The position numbers and the translations under genes are program-made. Shown here in pieces: positions 30,232-40,657 of a DNA stretch of 64,000 nucleotides (its first letter is position 1; each line of letters begins with the position of its first letter). Under the pieces are notes generated by a model, which saw only the letters and a program-made list of their open reading frames with translations, made no database searches and had not been told where the DNA came from. The DNA is from an uncultured Agathobacter sp. (GTDB taxonomy: Bacteria > Bacillota > Clostridia > Lachnospirales > Lachnospiraceae), in NCBI GenBank assembly GCA_934359755.1, contig CAKRLV010000009.1, forward strand, positions 35,139-99,138, read 5' to 3'.

Positions 30232-30275
30232 TTTTCTTATTAATATTATAATATGAGCATTTGTTCATATGTTTG
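30232..30275 (-). promoter_or_regulatory. Putative CadC/ArsR operator palindrome upstream of the HMA-cadA-cadC operon
   Basis: ATATGAGCATTTGTTCATAT imperfect inverted repeat, just upstream of the RBS of the HMA gene. Confidence 0.35.
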
Positions 30276-30317
30276 ATTATAGTATAGCACGAGATCCATC
30301 AATGTCAACTGTTTTTA

Positions 30318-30356
30318 TTAAAAAAAGGAATGCTGCCGAAGCCGCATTCCTTCTTT
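30318..30356. terminator. Terminator downstream of the MCP gene
   Basis: AGGAATGCTGCCGAAGCCGCATTCCTTCTTTTT. Confidence 0.7.
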
Positions 30357-30438
30357 TTCTATTATTATGATATAAGGATTCAAAAGTCTTTTGCCACTTA
30401 TTTCATTATTACGCATTTTTTAAATAATTATGTATCTT

Positions 30439-31893
30439 TTAGTTGAGTGTCTGTGCAATATTGAAGATTTCCTGCAGCTGTTCCTTGCAGTTTTTCATGC
30501 TTTCAACTGCATCCGCTGAATTTCTAAGGCTTTCTGTAGATGTTGCAGAGATTTCCTCAGTAACAGCTGAAATATGCGACGTACTGTCTGTAATACTTGA
30601 TGTCGAATTAAGTATATCATTTACGCTCTGGTTTGCGGTTGTGATAGTTTCTGATAATTCCATCATTTTAACCTTGATATCTTCAAATTCTCTCTGTAAC
30701 TCTTCTATCATTGCATTTTGTTTTGTCACAGATTCTACAGAATTATCAACACTCTTGTTTGCTTTTACTGTGTCATTATTCAAATCTTCTATAATACTTG
30801 TAATCTTATTAGAGGCATCTGTAGTCTGCTCTGATAATGTTCTGATTTCATCGGCAACAACAGCAAAACCTTTTCCTGCCTCACCTGCTCTTGCTGCCTC
30901 GATAGATGCGTTAAGTGCAAGCAGGTTAGTCTGGCTGGCAATATTAAGGATTGTTCCAACAAAGGCTTCAACTTCTTCTACTTTCTTTGTCAGGCTTACT
31001 ATAGTCTCAACTGTTGTATTGCTTGTGTTCTCGACATTCTCTGACTGTATCTTAAGTTCTGTGATTTCCCTTGCACCATTTTCTACAAGTTCCTTAGTCT
31101 TCTCGGCTGTGTCAAGCATCTGCGCAATATCTTCCATAGTTGCACCGCTGATTTTCTGAATTTCGTCACACATTGCAACCTGCTGCTGAACAGCTTCAAC
31201 TGTACTATCCATGCTATCTGAAATATTCTGCATAGCCTCATTATTTACGCTTATCGCTTCGTCAAGCTTGTCAATTCCACCCATAGATAGATTAAAATTA
31301 TCTACAACAGTATCAGCGACCTTACGCATCTTTTTATGATTCTGTTCCTGCTCTGTGGCTGCGTCCATTATCTCTCCCATATTCTCATCATTGAATGCAC
31401 AAAGAAGCCCGGTAATCTTATATGTCATATAAATAACCAAGACAGTGGTAAACATCATTATAAAAGACTGTGTTCCCCACATATCAAATTCCAATAAACT
31501 CTTTGTCGTTATTACCCTTATAATATTTGCTACAAGAATTACAACGCTGGCTATTTTGGTAAGACGTATATCAAGGAAAATAATTACTGTAAAAACAAGA
31601 ATATCACCATATATATGCACACCAAGTGTACTGTTTAATGCTGCAATTGTCATATATGAGAGTGCTGTACAAATCATAATAATCGTAGTAGTTCTATTTG
31701 CTGCTTTATCTTTGAAGTACACCGCACTCGTCACAATAAGACACAGCAGGCACACTATCATCTGTACCACAACCTTCGTCCCACCTTTTGCTGAAAGCAT
31801 AGCCAGTATAAATGAGATACTCATATACCCCAGCAATATGGTTAATATTATGTATGCCGTTGTATTTGCTCTTTTTCTTTGTTCGTCTTTCAT
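30439..31893 (-). CDS. Methyl-accepting chemotaxis protein with polytopic N-terminal membrane domain
   Basis: MCP signalling-domain motif [28 protein letters not shown]. Five to six N-terminal TM helices. Confidence 0.85.
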   Translation of the reverse strand: MKDEQRKRANTTAYIILTILLGYMSISFILAMLSAKGGTKVVVQMIVCLLCLIVTSAVYFKDKAANRTTTIIMICTALSYMTIAALNSTLGVHIYGDILVFTVIIFLDIRLTKIASVVILVANIIRVITTKSLLEFDMWGTQSFIMMFTTVLVIYMTYKITGLLCAFNDENMGEIMDAATEQEQNHKKMRKVADTVVDNFNLSMGGIDKLDEAISVNNEAMQNISDSMDSTVEAVQQQVAMCDEIQKISGATMEDIAQMLDTAEKTKELVENGAREITELKIQSENVENTSNTTVETIVSLTKKVEEVEAFVGTILNIASQTNLLALNASIEAARAGEAGKGFAVVADEIRTLSEQTTDASNKITSIIEDLNNDTVKANKSVDNSVESVTKQNAMIEELQREFEDIKVKMMELSETITTANQSVNDILNSTSSITDSTSHISAVTEEISATSTESLRNSADAVESMKNCKEQLQEIFNIAQTLN

Positions 31894-32184
31894 CTAAAGT
31901 TCCTCCATTTTAGTCAATTTACCTTTTTCTTCTGCTTCCTTATAGTTTCTTTATCTAAAAATTCCGAAAACTGTATATTTATTATATCATATTGACACAA
32001 AAAATGCATATATATTAATTAAAAAATATCAATTTTATATATAATTATGCACAAACGAAATTTATAACAAATCGTCACTTCGCGACCCTTTGGGCACCCG
32101 TATGTATGCACAAGTACATATTCAATTTTACATGGGTTGCATCCCTGCGGAGCGTTTTACTTTGCCAGAAAAGAATTTTCCTAT

Positions 32185-32215
32185 AAAAAAAGAAGCCCAC
32201 CATCCGGTGAGCCTC
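32185..32215 (-). terminator. Rho-independent terminator after thrH
   Basis: On the minus strand: GAGGCUCACC-GGAU-GGUGGGCUUC followed by UUUUUUU. Confidence 0.7.
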
Positions 32216-32235
32216 TGCACAACTAAATCCTATGC

Positions 32236-32838
32236 TTAGTCGAGTACTTTCTTGATTGCAGCTAATAACTCATCATATGTCTCATACGCTGGAAACTGAG
32301 GATAATCTGCCTTAATCTGGTCTGTAGTTCTAAAAAGAAATCCAGCCTTGCTGGCAGTAATCATTCCGAGATCATTATGACTGTCACCACTTGCAATTGT
32401 ATCATATCCTATAGATTGTAATGCCTTGACTGTTGTAAGCTTTGACTGCTCACAGCGCATCTTAAATCCTGTAATCTCTCCATCTGGTGCAACCTCAAGT
32501 GAATTACAGAATATCGTAGGCCATCCAAGCTTCTTCATAAGCGGGCTTGCAAACTGAGTAAATGTATCACTAATGATGATTACCTGTGTGAGCTCACGAA
32601 GCTGGTTCAAAAACTCTAAAGCTCCTGGCATTGGATCAATTGTGGCAATTGTATCCTGAATCTCTTTAAGACCCAATCCATGCTCCTTCAAAATACCTAT
32701 TCTATAATTCATAAGCTTATCGTAATCAGGCTCATCTCTTGTAGTACGCTTAAGCTCTGGAATTCCTGTAGCCTCCGCAAAAGCAATCCATATTTCTGGT
32801 ACAAGTACGCCTTCTAAGTCTAAACAAACGATATTCAT
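32236..32838 (-). CDS. thrH: Bifunctional phosphoserine phosphatase/homoserine phosphotransferase ThrH (HAD family)
   Basis: Near-colinear similarity to Pseudomonas ThrH (CLDLEGVLVPEIWIAFAE, TTRD.PDYD, IISDTF, GDSHND). Start at MNIVCL (32838) is preceded by GGAGG. Confidence 0.8.
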   Translation of the reverse strand: MNIVCLDLEGVLVPEIWIAFAEATGIPELKRTTRDEPDYDKLMNYRIGILKEHGLGLKEIQDTIATIDPMPGALEFLNQLRELTQVIIISDTFTQFASPLMKKLGWPTIFCNSLEVAPDGEITGFKMRCEQSKLTTVKALQSIGYDTIASGDSHNDLGMITASKAGFLFRTTDQIKADYPQFPAYETYDELLAAIKKVLD

Positions 32839-32920
32839 ACTTTTTCCTCCATCCAATTTATCAATTTAATCGGATAAAGTATACCACACCTTCCTTTCTT
32901 TAACAACAAAAACAATCCAA

Positions 32921-33118
32921 TTAAACCTGCATTCCTGCAATTCTTCGGCTCTCCTGCATAAGCAGTTGCGAAAAATCAAGTCCGTCTCTATCACCCGCAT
33001 TTGCAGTGGACTGTCCCTGTCTGGCTCTTTGTCCCATACCCGAAGACATCTGAGAACCAAATACCAGAAATGGTTCTTGATTGATTGTGAAACTTACTTC
33101 CTGTAAAAAATCTCTCAT
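32921..33118 (-). CDS. Small hypothetical protein (65 aa)
   Basis: AAGGAGG lies 7 nt upstream of the MRDFL start. No recognisable domain. Confidence 0.4.
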   Translation of the reverse strand: MRDFLQEVSFTINQEPFLVFGSQMSSGMGQRARQGQSTANAGDRDGLDFSQLLMQESRRIAGMQV

Positions 33119-33460
33119 ATGGCATCCTCCTTGATTACAATACGAGTCTACGAGTTGCATAATTAATCACCTCAAATATGAAGCAATTAATTTAAGTTTC
33201 ATAACTTAAACGTCCTCGATTCATACACTAGATAAGTGTCGAATACTATATATTGTATATATCGTCCGTTTTTCAGAAATATAAACACTATTTCGGTTAT
33301 CATTTGTGATAATTTTGAATTTTGTGCAATATGCCTAATAATATTAAGTGTAAATATTCCTGTATTTGCAAAATAGCAGGTTGTAGAACAGACTTTGGCT
33401 CGTTGCTCGCGTAAATAAAAAACGCATCAACACCACTAAATGATGTTAATGCGTAATATA

Positions 33461-34630
33461 TTATCTGATATCAAAAAAACTATGACGTATCTTATATAAA
33501 ATATCATCATTCAATATAAGATTATGACGTATCGCCCTCTCTGTATTCGCAAGAATTTCCGAAATATCAACAGGTTCAAGCCTGCCATCCCTCATATAAT
33601 GCACCAGCATGAACTGCATCATAAACTGCAGGTCTATTATAGCTAAAAGTCCCTGCCCTAATACATAATAGTCTTCGTATGCTTTACAGTACATCTGCTC
33701 AATCAGATAAGAGAAATATGAGCAGAAAAACAACTCCATCTCCGGCTGCTTCTGACACATTTCATCAAATGTCTTCTCAAAAAAGGCATCCGCTTCTTTC
33801 TCAGACAAATCGCCAAATAAAACTTCATATCCCTTGACTAAGTCATACAAGTATCTATTTTTCTTCTTCAGTGCAGAACTTGAAAATTTGTCATAAATTA
33901 TATGGTTCAAAAACCATACTGGATAAAATGGAAAATGTCCTGCTACCGATGAAATCACAGGGATATTGTACTTTGCCTGTTCTTCCTGCAAAAGTGGAAT
34001 ATGCAGCGCCAAAGCCGAGTCCATATCATTCCTTGAAATATACTGATTCTCAACATACACATACATGTATATCTGATATATCTTCTGCGCCAATGTACTT
34101 TGCTCTTCATCCTGCTGCCAGAGATAATTAAGTATCTTCTCTCTGTCGCATCTTAGAAGTTCAAGAAACCTGGGGCTGTCATTGCCAATTGTCCAGTTCT
34201 CTTCTACCGAAGTCTTGCTCTCTATAAACTGGTGGCGTCCAATATTCTCAACAAATAGCTCTGCTGCACGGATACACGATAGTTCCAGTGTGACTTCATT
34301 GTATTGTCCAAAACATATGCTGGTGCGCGGATACTGTCTGCACACCTTTGGCATCATCACTTCCTGTCCAGTCTTATGAAATCTGCACAATCCCTCTGTC
34401 GTATAGAACGGGCAGGTAGAGTTCACTTTTCTGATACTTCTGATTCCATCCTTTTTTCCTGACAGAAGTCTATAAATGATATTCTTCGGGAATGCCATAT
34501 TGCAATATCTGCTATATGTCTCATCATCAATTGCAATCTGCCATCCCTTGCAGCATGTATATGGACAGCTTCCACCTATACATTCAAATTTATCATAGAA
34601 ATCAATAACATATGTTTTTCTGGATTCCAC
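33461..34630 (-). CDS. FliB-family flagellin lysine-N-methylase-like protein
   Basis: N-terminal FECIGGSCPYTCCKGWQIAIDDETYSRY matches the FliB/YkgJ-like Cys cluster (C..GS.C...CCKGW). Confidence 0.6.
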   Translation of the reverse strand: MESRKTYVIDFYDKFECIGGSCPYTCCKGWQIAIDDETYSRYCNMAFPKNIIYRLLSGKKDGIRSIRKVNSTCPFYTTEGLCRFHKTGQEVMMPKVCRQYPRTSICFGQYNEVTLELSCIRAAELFVENIGRHQFIESKTSVEENWTIGNDSPRFLELLRCDREKILNYLWQQDEEQSTLAQKIYQIYMYVYVENQYISRNDMDSALALHIPLLQEEQAKYNIPVISSVAGHFPFYPVWFLNHIIYDKFSSSALKKKNRYLYDLVKGYEVLFGDLSEKEADAFFEKTFDEMCQKQPEMELFFCSYFSYLIEQMYCKAYEDYYVLGQGLLAIIDLQFMMQFMLVHYMRDGRLEPVDISEILANTERAIRHNLILNDDILYKIRHSFFDIR

Positions 34631-34632
34631 AA

Positions 34633-36003
34633 TTATTTCTCCACATTTGGAAGAGTTGAAAGGGACTTAGCAAGTTCTTCATCTGTAGGAATGTAATCTG
34701 ACATCTCACCATCATTGTATTTCTGGTAAGCATACATATCAAAATATCCTGTTCCTGTAAGACCAAATACGATATTCTTCTCCTCACCAGTCTCTTTGCA
34801 TTTTAATGCCTCATCAATTGCAACCTTGATTGCATGGCTGCTCTCTGGTGCTGGGAGAATACCCTCTACTCTTGCAAAAGTCTCAGCTGCCTTAAATACT
34901 TCTGTCTGCTCAACACTTCTTGCCTTAATATAACCCTGATCGTAAAGTTCTGAAACAACTGAACTCATTCCGTGATAACGAAGTCCTCCCGCATGGTTTG
35001 CTGATGGAATAAATCCTGAACCAAGAGTATACATCTTCGCAAGCGGACATACCTTTCCAGTGTCGCAATAATCATATGCATACTTTCCTCTTGTAAGGCT
35101 TGGACATGAAGCTGGCTCAACAGCGATAAGCTCATAATCAGCCTCTCCACGAAGCATCTCTCCTGCGAATGGCGAAATAAGTCCTCCAAGGTTTGAACCA
35201 CCACCAGCGCATCCTATAATCATATCTGCTTTTATTCCATATTTGTCAAGAGCAGTCTTTGTCTCAAGTCCGATAACTGACTGGTGAAGAAGTACCTGTG
35301 TAAGCACAGAACCCAGAACATAACGGTATCCTTCCTGCTTTGTAGCAGCCTCTACAGCCTCAGAAATAGCACATCCTAGTGAACCTGTTGTTCCAGGGAA
35401 CTCTTCATTAATCTTACGCCCAATCTCTGTAGTCATAGATGGTGATGGTGTAACATTGGCACCATATGTTCTCATTACCTCCCTACGGAAAGGCTTCTGC
35501 TCATATGAGCATTTAACCATATATACCTGACAATCCAGATCAAAGTATGAGCATGCCATGGAAAGGGCTGTTCCCCACTGACCTGCACCAGTCTCTGTAG
35601 TGACACCTTTAAGTCCCTGCTTCTTAGCATAATATGCCTGTGCAATTGCAGAATTAAGCTTATGGCTTCCTGATGTATTATTACCCTCGAACTTGTAGTA
35701 AATATGTGCAGGTGTCTGAAGCTTCTCCTCAAGACAATATGCACGTACAAGTGGTGATGGTCTGTACATTCTGTAGAAATTGCGGATTTCTTCAGGGATA
35801 TCAAAGTAAGCTGTAGTATCATCAAGTTCCTGCTTCGCAAGTTCTGTACAGAAAATAGGCGAAAGTTCTTCCACCGTAACAGGCTTTAATGTAGCCGGAT
35901 TTAAGATAGGCGCCGGCTTCTTCTTCATATCTGCGCGAACATTGTACCACTGCTTTGGCATCTCATTCTCTTCAAGATATATTTTGTATGGTATTTCTCT
36001 CAT
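34633..36003 (-). CDS. TrpB-like pyridoxal-phosphate-dependent enzyme (tryptophan synthase beta-like, TrpB2 type)
   Basis: 456 aa with beta-family PLP enzyme motifs (GSHKLN, GAGQWG..., GGGSN). Confidence 0.75.
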   Translation of the reverse strand: MREIPYKIYLEENEMPKQWYNVRADMKKKPAPILNPATLKPVTVEELSPIFCTELAKQELDDTTAYFDIPEEIRNFYRMYRPSPLVRAYCLEEKLQTPAHIYYKFEGNNTSGSHKLNSAIAQAYYAKKQGLKGVTTETGAGQWGTALSMACSYFDLDCQVYMVKCSYEQKPFRREVMRTYGANVTPSPSMTTEIGRKINEEFPGTTGSLGCAISEAVEAATKQEGYRYVLGSVLTQVLLHQSVIGLETKTALDKYGIKADMIIGCAGGGSNLGGLISPFAGEMLRGEADYELIAVEPASCPSLTRGKYAYDYCDTGKVCPLAKMYTLGSGFIPSANHAGGLRYHGMSSVVSELYDQGYIKARSVEQTEVFKAAETFARVEGILPAPESSHAIKVAIDEALKCKETGEEKNIVFGLTGTGYFDMYAYQKYNDGEMSDYIPTDEELAKSLSTLPNVEK

Positions 36004-36264
36004 AATAAATTACCCCTTTTATATTTGTATTTTTGCAACTGTGAAATTACTGAACAGTTACTATTTTTTACTATAAATCACCCGCATCATTGCATCTGAT
36101 AATTTATAGTCGATTCTAATTATATCATAAAATATAGTTTATGGATAATCTAAATAAATTATAGTATATATATCTGTTTCACATAGCTAAAATTGTTGGA
36201 CTTATATATACAATATGGTAGAATGATTCAAGATGCCAAATGTACATTATATAAGGAGGAGCTT

Positions 36265-36801
36265 ATGAAAAGAAAAATTGTCATGTTAGTACTTTGCATG
36301 TCACTGATATTGCCAAATGCTGCAGCCTGCGGTGATTCTGCTGCTTCCAGGAATGAAGTCAGCTCACAGGCACAAGCTGGGACTGAATCTCAGACTGAGT
36401 CCACATTCCAGACAAATCCGACCGAATCAGTTTCTGAAAATCCTACAGAACTCGATGAGGCCGATTTCAATTCGGAAATATACTTAGATTTCACCAAATG
36501 TCTGGATGCCATTTATGATGTTCAGGCTGGTTCGGCTGGTGCAAGTCTTCGAGCAGAGAATGCTGTAGATGAACTTAAGAGATTCGCTTCAGCACACCCT
36601 GACGAACTTGACGAAAAAGATTTGTGTGATTACACCGACTTATGGTTCTCAATGCACTCACAGAATAGAGAATCTGTGGTAAATGATTTTACAGAATGTC
36701 TCAACACAACACTTGATGTCGCTTACGAGAATGATTCTGCACTCAAATCAGATGAGAACTTCACACTTATTATCGAATCAATCAAAAAACTATTAAAATA
36801 A
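36265..36801 (+). CDS. Lipoprotein, hypothetical
   Basis: Lipobox LPNAAAC. RBS AAGGAGGAG upstream of the MKRK start. The ORF-track start is further upstream. Confidence 0.55.
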   Translation: MKRKIVMLVLCMSLILPNAAACGDSAASRNEVSSQAQAGTESQTESTFQTNPTESVSENPTELDEADFNSEIYLDFTKCLDAIYDVQAGSAGASLRAENAVDELKRFASAHPDELDEKDLCDYTDLWFSMHSQNRESVVNDFTECLNTTLDVAYENDSALKSDENFTLIIESIKKLLK

Positions 36802-36815
36802 AGGATGGTATATTT

Positions 36816-38348
36816 ATGAGCAAACAACGTGATACCTGGGCTTCAAGGGGGACATTTATCCTCGCAGCAATCGGCTCAGCTGTTGGTCTTGGAAATGCAT
36901 GGAGATTTCCCGGTCTTGCCGCAAAGCACGGCGGTGGAACTTTCCTGCTAGTATATCTTGTTGCGCTTTTTACAATGGGAATTCCACTTCTTATGATGGA
37001 AATTTCTGTCGCCCGCAAATTCCACAAGGGTGCGATTGAATCAATGCGTGGTATAAATAAAAAAGCTGAATTTATTGGATGGGCAGCAACATCTAACGCC
37101 TTTGTAATCGTCACATATTATTCAGCTGTATTCGCATGGGTACTTCTTATGGTATTTTATTCAGTAAAATTTGCTGGAATGACTGGTGATTCTCAGGCAG
37201 CAAGCCAGCTGTTTTTCAATGTAACAGAGACAACAGGACTTATATCTGGAATATCTATTCCAATTCCTGTCCTGATTGCACTTATCGGTGCGTGGGCACT
37301 TATATATTACTGTATACGAGATGGCGCAAGCAGTGTTGGAAAGGTTGTAAAATATACCGTTTTCCTTCCAATCATTCTTCTGATAATCATGGCAGTTAAA
37401 GGATGTACAATGCCTGGCGCTATGGCAGGACTTCACAAATTCTTTGTTCCAGAGCTGTCAGCCTTCGCAGATGCATCTCTTTGGATTGATGCTGTAGGAC
37501 AGGTTTTCTATAGTCTGTCTATCATGATGGCGATTATGTTTGCATATGGTTCATACCTGGATAATAGTTCCAATCTTGCCGAGGACTGCTTCATTATCGC
37601 TTTTTCCGATGCGGCAATAAGTGTCTTATCAGGTATAGTTATGTTCTCGACGATGGGTGGTGTTGGAATGCTTGATTCTATTTCAGCTTCTGGAATTGCA
37701 ACTGCATTTGTTATCTACCCACAGGCAATCGTTAACCTGACTTCAATCGGCTGGGTAAATGCACTCTTTGGGGTTATTTTCTATCTTATGCTTGTAACCC
37801 TTGCAATTGATTCTGCGTTCTCGATTGTCGAAGGTGTTTCTGCATCAATTGCAGACAAATTCAAGCTTACACCTAAGAAAGTCACAATCGGAATATGTGC
37901 CATTGCATCTGTTATCTCTCTTGTATATGCCACAAGAGCCGGACTTGCATGGCTTGATATCGTTGACAACTGGACAAACCAGTTCAACCTTATAATTATC
38001 GGTATTATGGAATGTATCGCAATCGGATGGTGCTTCAATCTCGACAAGGTACTACAGCAGATTAACCTCTATGCGAAGAAATTCAAGATGCCACGACTCT
38101 GGTTTAGACTTTCAATCCGCTTTATTTCACCGCTTTGCCTGTTCATTCTTTTAATCTGGAATGTATATACACTCTTTATTAAAAATGGCGGACACTACAA
38201 TGCCGATTATCCAATCTGGGCGGAAATTACAGCAGGATGGGTTGTTACCGGACTTGTATTCCTAAGTGGAATTATCGCAAAGATTATTATCAGACATAAA
38301 GTTAAAAAAGGCTTCGTAGAAGAAGAAATCATCTGGAAAGAAGATTAA
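36816..38348 (+). CDS. Sodium-dependent NSS-family (neurotransmitter:sodium symporter) transporter
   Basis: Signature WRFPGLAAKHGGGTFLLVY near the N-terminus. Eleven to twelve TM helices. Confidence 0.85.
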   Translation: MSKQRDTWASRGTFILAAIGSAVGLGNAWRFPGLAAKHGGGTFLLVYLVALFTMGIPLLMMEISVARKFHKGAIESMRGINKKAEFIGWAATSNAFVIVTYYSAVFAWVLLMVFYSVKFAGMTGDSQAASQLFFNVTETTGLISGISIPIPVLIALIGAWALIYYCIRDGASSVGKVVKYTVFLPIILLIIMAVKGCTMPGAMAGLHKFFVPELSAFADASLWIDAVGQVFYSLSIMMAIMFAYGSYLDNSSNLAEDCFIIAFSDAAISVLSGIVMFSTMGGVGMLDSISASGIATAFVIYPQAIVNLTSIGWVNALFGVIFYLMLVTLAIDSAFSIVEGVSASIADKFKLTPKKVTIGICAIASVISLVYATRAGLAWLDIVDNWTNQFNLIIIGIMECIAIGWCFNLDKVLQQINLYAKKFKMPRLWFRLSIRFISPLCLFILLIWNVYTLFIKNGGHYNADYPIWAEITAGWVVTGLVFLSGIIAKIIIRHKVKKGFVEEEIIWKED

Positions 38349-38351
38349 AAA

Positions 38352-38398
38352 ATACCTTCATAGTCCTGTTAACCAAGGCTATGAAGGTATTTTATTTA
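38352..38398. terminator. Bidirectional terminator between convergent genes
   Basis: AATACCTTCATAG...CTATGAAGGTATTTTATTT. Confidence 0.7.
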
Positions 38399-38543
38399 TA
38401 CTTTAGGAATCACTTTGCCATCAACAACTTCCACTGAGGTAATCTGCATTAGTCTCTACAGATGTATCAACACCAAAAGGTCCTTCCCTTATTTATATGA
38501 ACATAATCTATAACTGATATGCATTTATAGCTTCATAACTCTA

Positions 38544-39011
38544 CTACACAATCATAAACAATATCACTGTTCCTGCCATTGCTATAAGTAGCAATACTCC
38601 TGAAATAAAAAAAAGAAGCATAATAATTTCAAGACATGTTATAAGTCTCTCTTTTCCAGCTGATGGAACATACACATGTGTTGGGTTAAAAGGATCATAG
38701 AACAAAGGAACAAGCTGCCCTATCTGATACCTTGCAGCATCTATACCTGTTGAGCCAAGTTCTCCCTTTGCCGTCGTCACCCTGCTGTCTACTACATATT
38801 CAAATGTTGGAATATAAACATATGTTATTGGTCCAGTTCCCTTTGCACAAACTCTCTGTAAACTAATTACCTTGGCTGTTGTTTCTCTTGTGCACCTGCT
38901 CTTCTGGTATTCAAGCTTGTCACTCATATTCTTTTTAACAGCATATAAAATACCTGCCACTGTCCATGTAACAACCAATCCCAAAAGACTACTTAATATA
39001 ATAATAAACAT
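38544..39011 (-). CDS. DUF3592-like membrane protein
   Basis: N-terminal and C-terminal TM helices flanking a PTFEY...YDP..P domain. Confidence 0.5.
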   Translation of the reverse strand: MFIIILSSLLGLVVTWTVAGILYAVKKNMSDKLEYQKSRCTRETTAKVISLQRVCAKGTGPITYVYIPTFEYVVDSRVTTAKGELGSTGIDAARYQIGQLVPLFYDPFNPTHVYVPSAGKERLITCLEIIMLLFFISGVLLLIAMAGTVILFMIV

Positions 39012-39126
39012 TTTGTACCTCCAGTTTTTTGGCAGAAATTATTCTATCATATATTTTGTAAAAAAACCGTTTTTCCGACAGACGACACGATTTTCGCGAC
39101 GAACGACCAGTTTTTATGTTTTTTAA

Positions 39127-39663
39127 TCATTTTTTCCATGCTTTTTTGCACAAAATATTAAATTCCATACACTTTATTGCTACAAATACAGTAGCAGTTA
39201 TGACTGGCATCCAGAGTGTTATATCACTCAATACTGCGCTTTCATTTTTGAAATTGACAATACGTATCAATACTGCTGCCATCTGTCCTGCCAGAACTGG
39301 AATTCCAATAATCCTTGCCGTCACAATCACCTTTGCTTTGCATAGCATTTTAAAATCAACCGGTGTATATATGTATTTTTCAAATATGTTAGTCCGCACA
39401 TCGCCCTCTCTTACATATGATAAATACACTGCCGCCATCTGATATATCGCAGCTATGATAAGTGCACATCTAATTGCGACATCCATATCCCCTCTGTCAA
39501 TCCCAAATCCATATATACACGATATGAACACAGAAAATATCAATCCGAGATAAATCAAAATATATGTTCCGTTCGTCTCCTCCTGCATCCTGTGTTTCCA
39601 TTCTATATATTCCTTTTGCGCCAGCGTCCTCAAAGTCATATCTGTGCCTCCCTCATTTTGCAC
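39127..39663 (-). CDS. Membrane protein (putative ABC permease-like partner)
   Basis: Four TM helices. Gene overlaps the upstream ATPase gene. Confidence 0.5.
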   Translation of the reverse strand: MQNEGGTDMTLRTLAQKEYIEWKHRMQEETNGTYILIYLGLIFSVFISCIYGFGIDRGDMDVAIRCALIIAAIYQMAAVYLSYVREGDVRTNIFEKYIYTPVDFKMLCKAKVIVTARIIGIPVLAGQMAAVLIRIVNFKNESAVLSDITLWMPVITATVFVAIKCMEFNILCKKAWKK

Positions 39664-40289
39664 TGTCCATTTTCTATATCAATGACATAATCTGCTATCC
39701 TCGACAAATCCTCCTGCAAATGCGTAGCAATAAGAATTGTCATATCATAATCAGCCACAAATTTCTGCAATATTCTAAGGAAATCATCTCGAAATACTGT
39801 GTCAAGATTTGCGGTCGGCTCATCTAGTAAAAGCACATCAGGTCTGTACGCCGCCGCAAAAGCAAGCTGATATTTTATGTATTCACCAGTAGAAAAAGCT
39901 TTCAGATTTTTGCTCATAGATAATTCCATTTCATTCATCCACATGTGATAAACTTCATTGTCCCAATCTGTGTAAAAAGGAGCATACTTTTTCTCATTTT
40001 CAATTGCATTCTCGCCCATGAATAATGAATGGTCCTGCGATATGAATCCTACCTTTTGCAATGCACTGCATCTTTGTGTCACGGCATCACAGCCATTTAC
40101 ATAGATGTGTCCCTGCATATTCATGTATTTTCCCAGTATCATACGAATAAGGGTTGATTTGCCAGCTCCGTTATCCCCCTGGATTCCAACTATATATCCT
40201 CTGGGGATTTCCAGATTTACTGGCTTCATAATGAATTTGCCAAGCTTTATGCCAGCATTTTGTATTTTAATAACACTTTCTTCCATCAT
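39636..40289 (-). CDS. ABC transporter ATP-binding protein
   Basis: Motifs GDNGAGKST, LSTGEYIKYQLAFA, LLLDEPT. Confidence 0.85.
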   Translation of the reverse strand: MMEESVIKIQNAGIKLGKFIMKPVNLEIPRGYIVGIQGDNGAGKSTLIRMILGKYMNMQGHIYVNGCDAVTQRCSALQKVGFISQDHSLFMGENAIENEKKYAPFYTDWDNEVYHMWMNEMELSMSKNLKAFSTGEYIKYQLAFAAAYRPDVLLLDEPTANLDTVFRDDFLRILQKFVADYDMTILIATHLQEDLSRIADYVIDIENGQCKMREAQI

Positions 40290-40657
40290 TTCTCCCCCAA
40301 TACCTTAATAAGTTCTATGATATCATCTATAGACATTCCTGCATTTTCACATTCGGCTATAAGCTCCAGAATCCTATTTTCAATGTTCATAATCTGCTTT
40401 TCTCTTAAGTGGTCATTTTTCTGTTCACAGACATAAAATCCCCTGCCCGGTCGCGACTCAATTACCCCTTCCTTCTCCAGTTCTTCATATGCACGCTTAG
40501 TTGTAATAACGCTTACTTCAAGTTCTTTCGCCAAAACACGTATAGACGGCATCCCCTCGCCTGCTGCCACTTCCCCCTTAATGACAGCATCACGTATCTG
40601 ATTGACTATCTGCTCATATATCGGCATATTCATTGTTGTTGAAATAACTATCTTCAT
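40286..40657 (-). CDS. GntR-family transcriptional regulator (YtrA subfamily)
   Basis: Winged HTH motif PSIRVLAKELEVSVITTKRAYEELE. Short (123 aa), as in YtrA. Confidence 0.85.
   Translation of the reverse strand: MKIVISTTMNMPIYEQIVNQIRDAVIKGEVAAGEGMPSIRVLAKELEVSVITTKRAYEELEKEGVIESRPGRGFYVCEQKNDHLREKQIMNIENRILELIAECENAGMSIDDIIELIKVLGEK

Noticed and set aside
32075-32165. Possible riboswitch (GC-rich structured segment CGCGACCCTTTGGGCACCCG...GGGTTGCATCCCTGCGGAGCG) upstream of the MCP gene
   Set aside because: I could not match it to any riboswitch consensus (c-di-GMP I/II, SAM, T-box) by eye. It is left uncalled, but it would be worth an Rfam scan.
32866-33060. 64-aa ORF overlapping the small 65-aa gene
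   Set aside because: Alternative frame of the same region with no RBS. The frame with AAGGAGG (32921-33118) was preferred.
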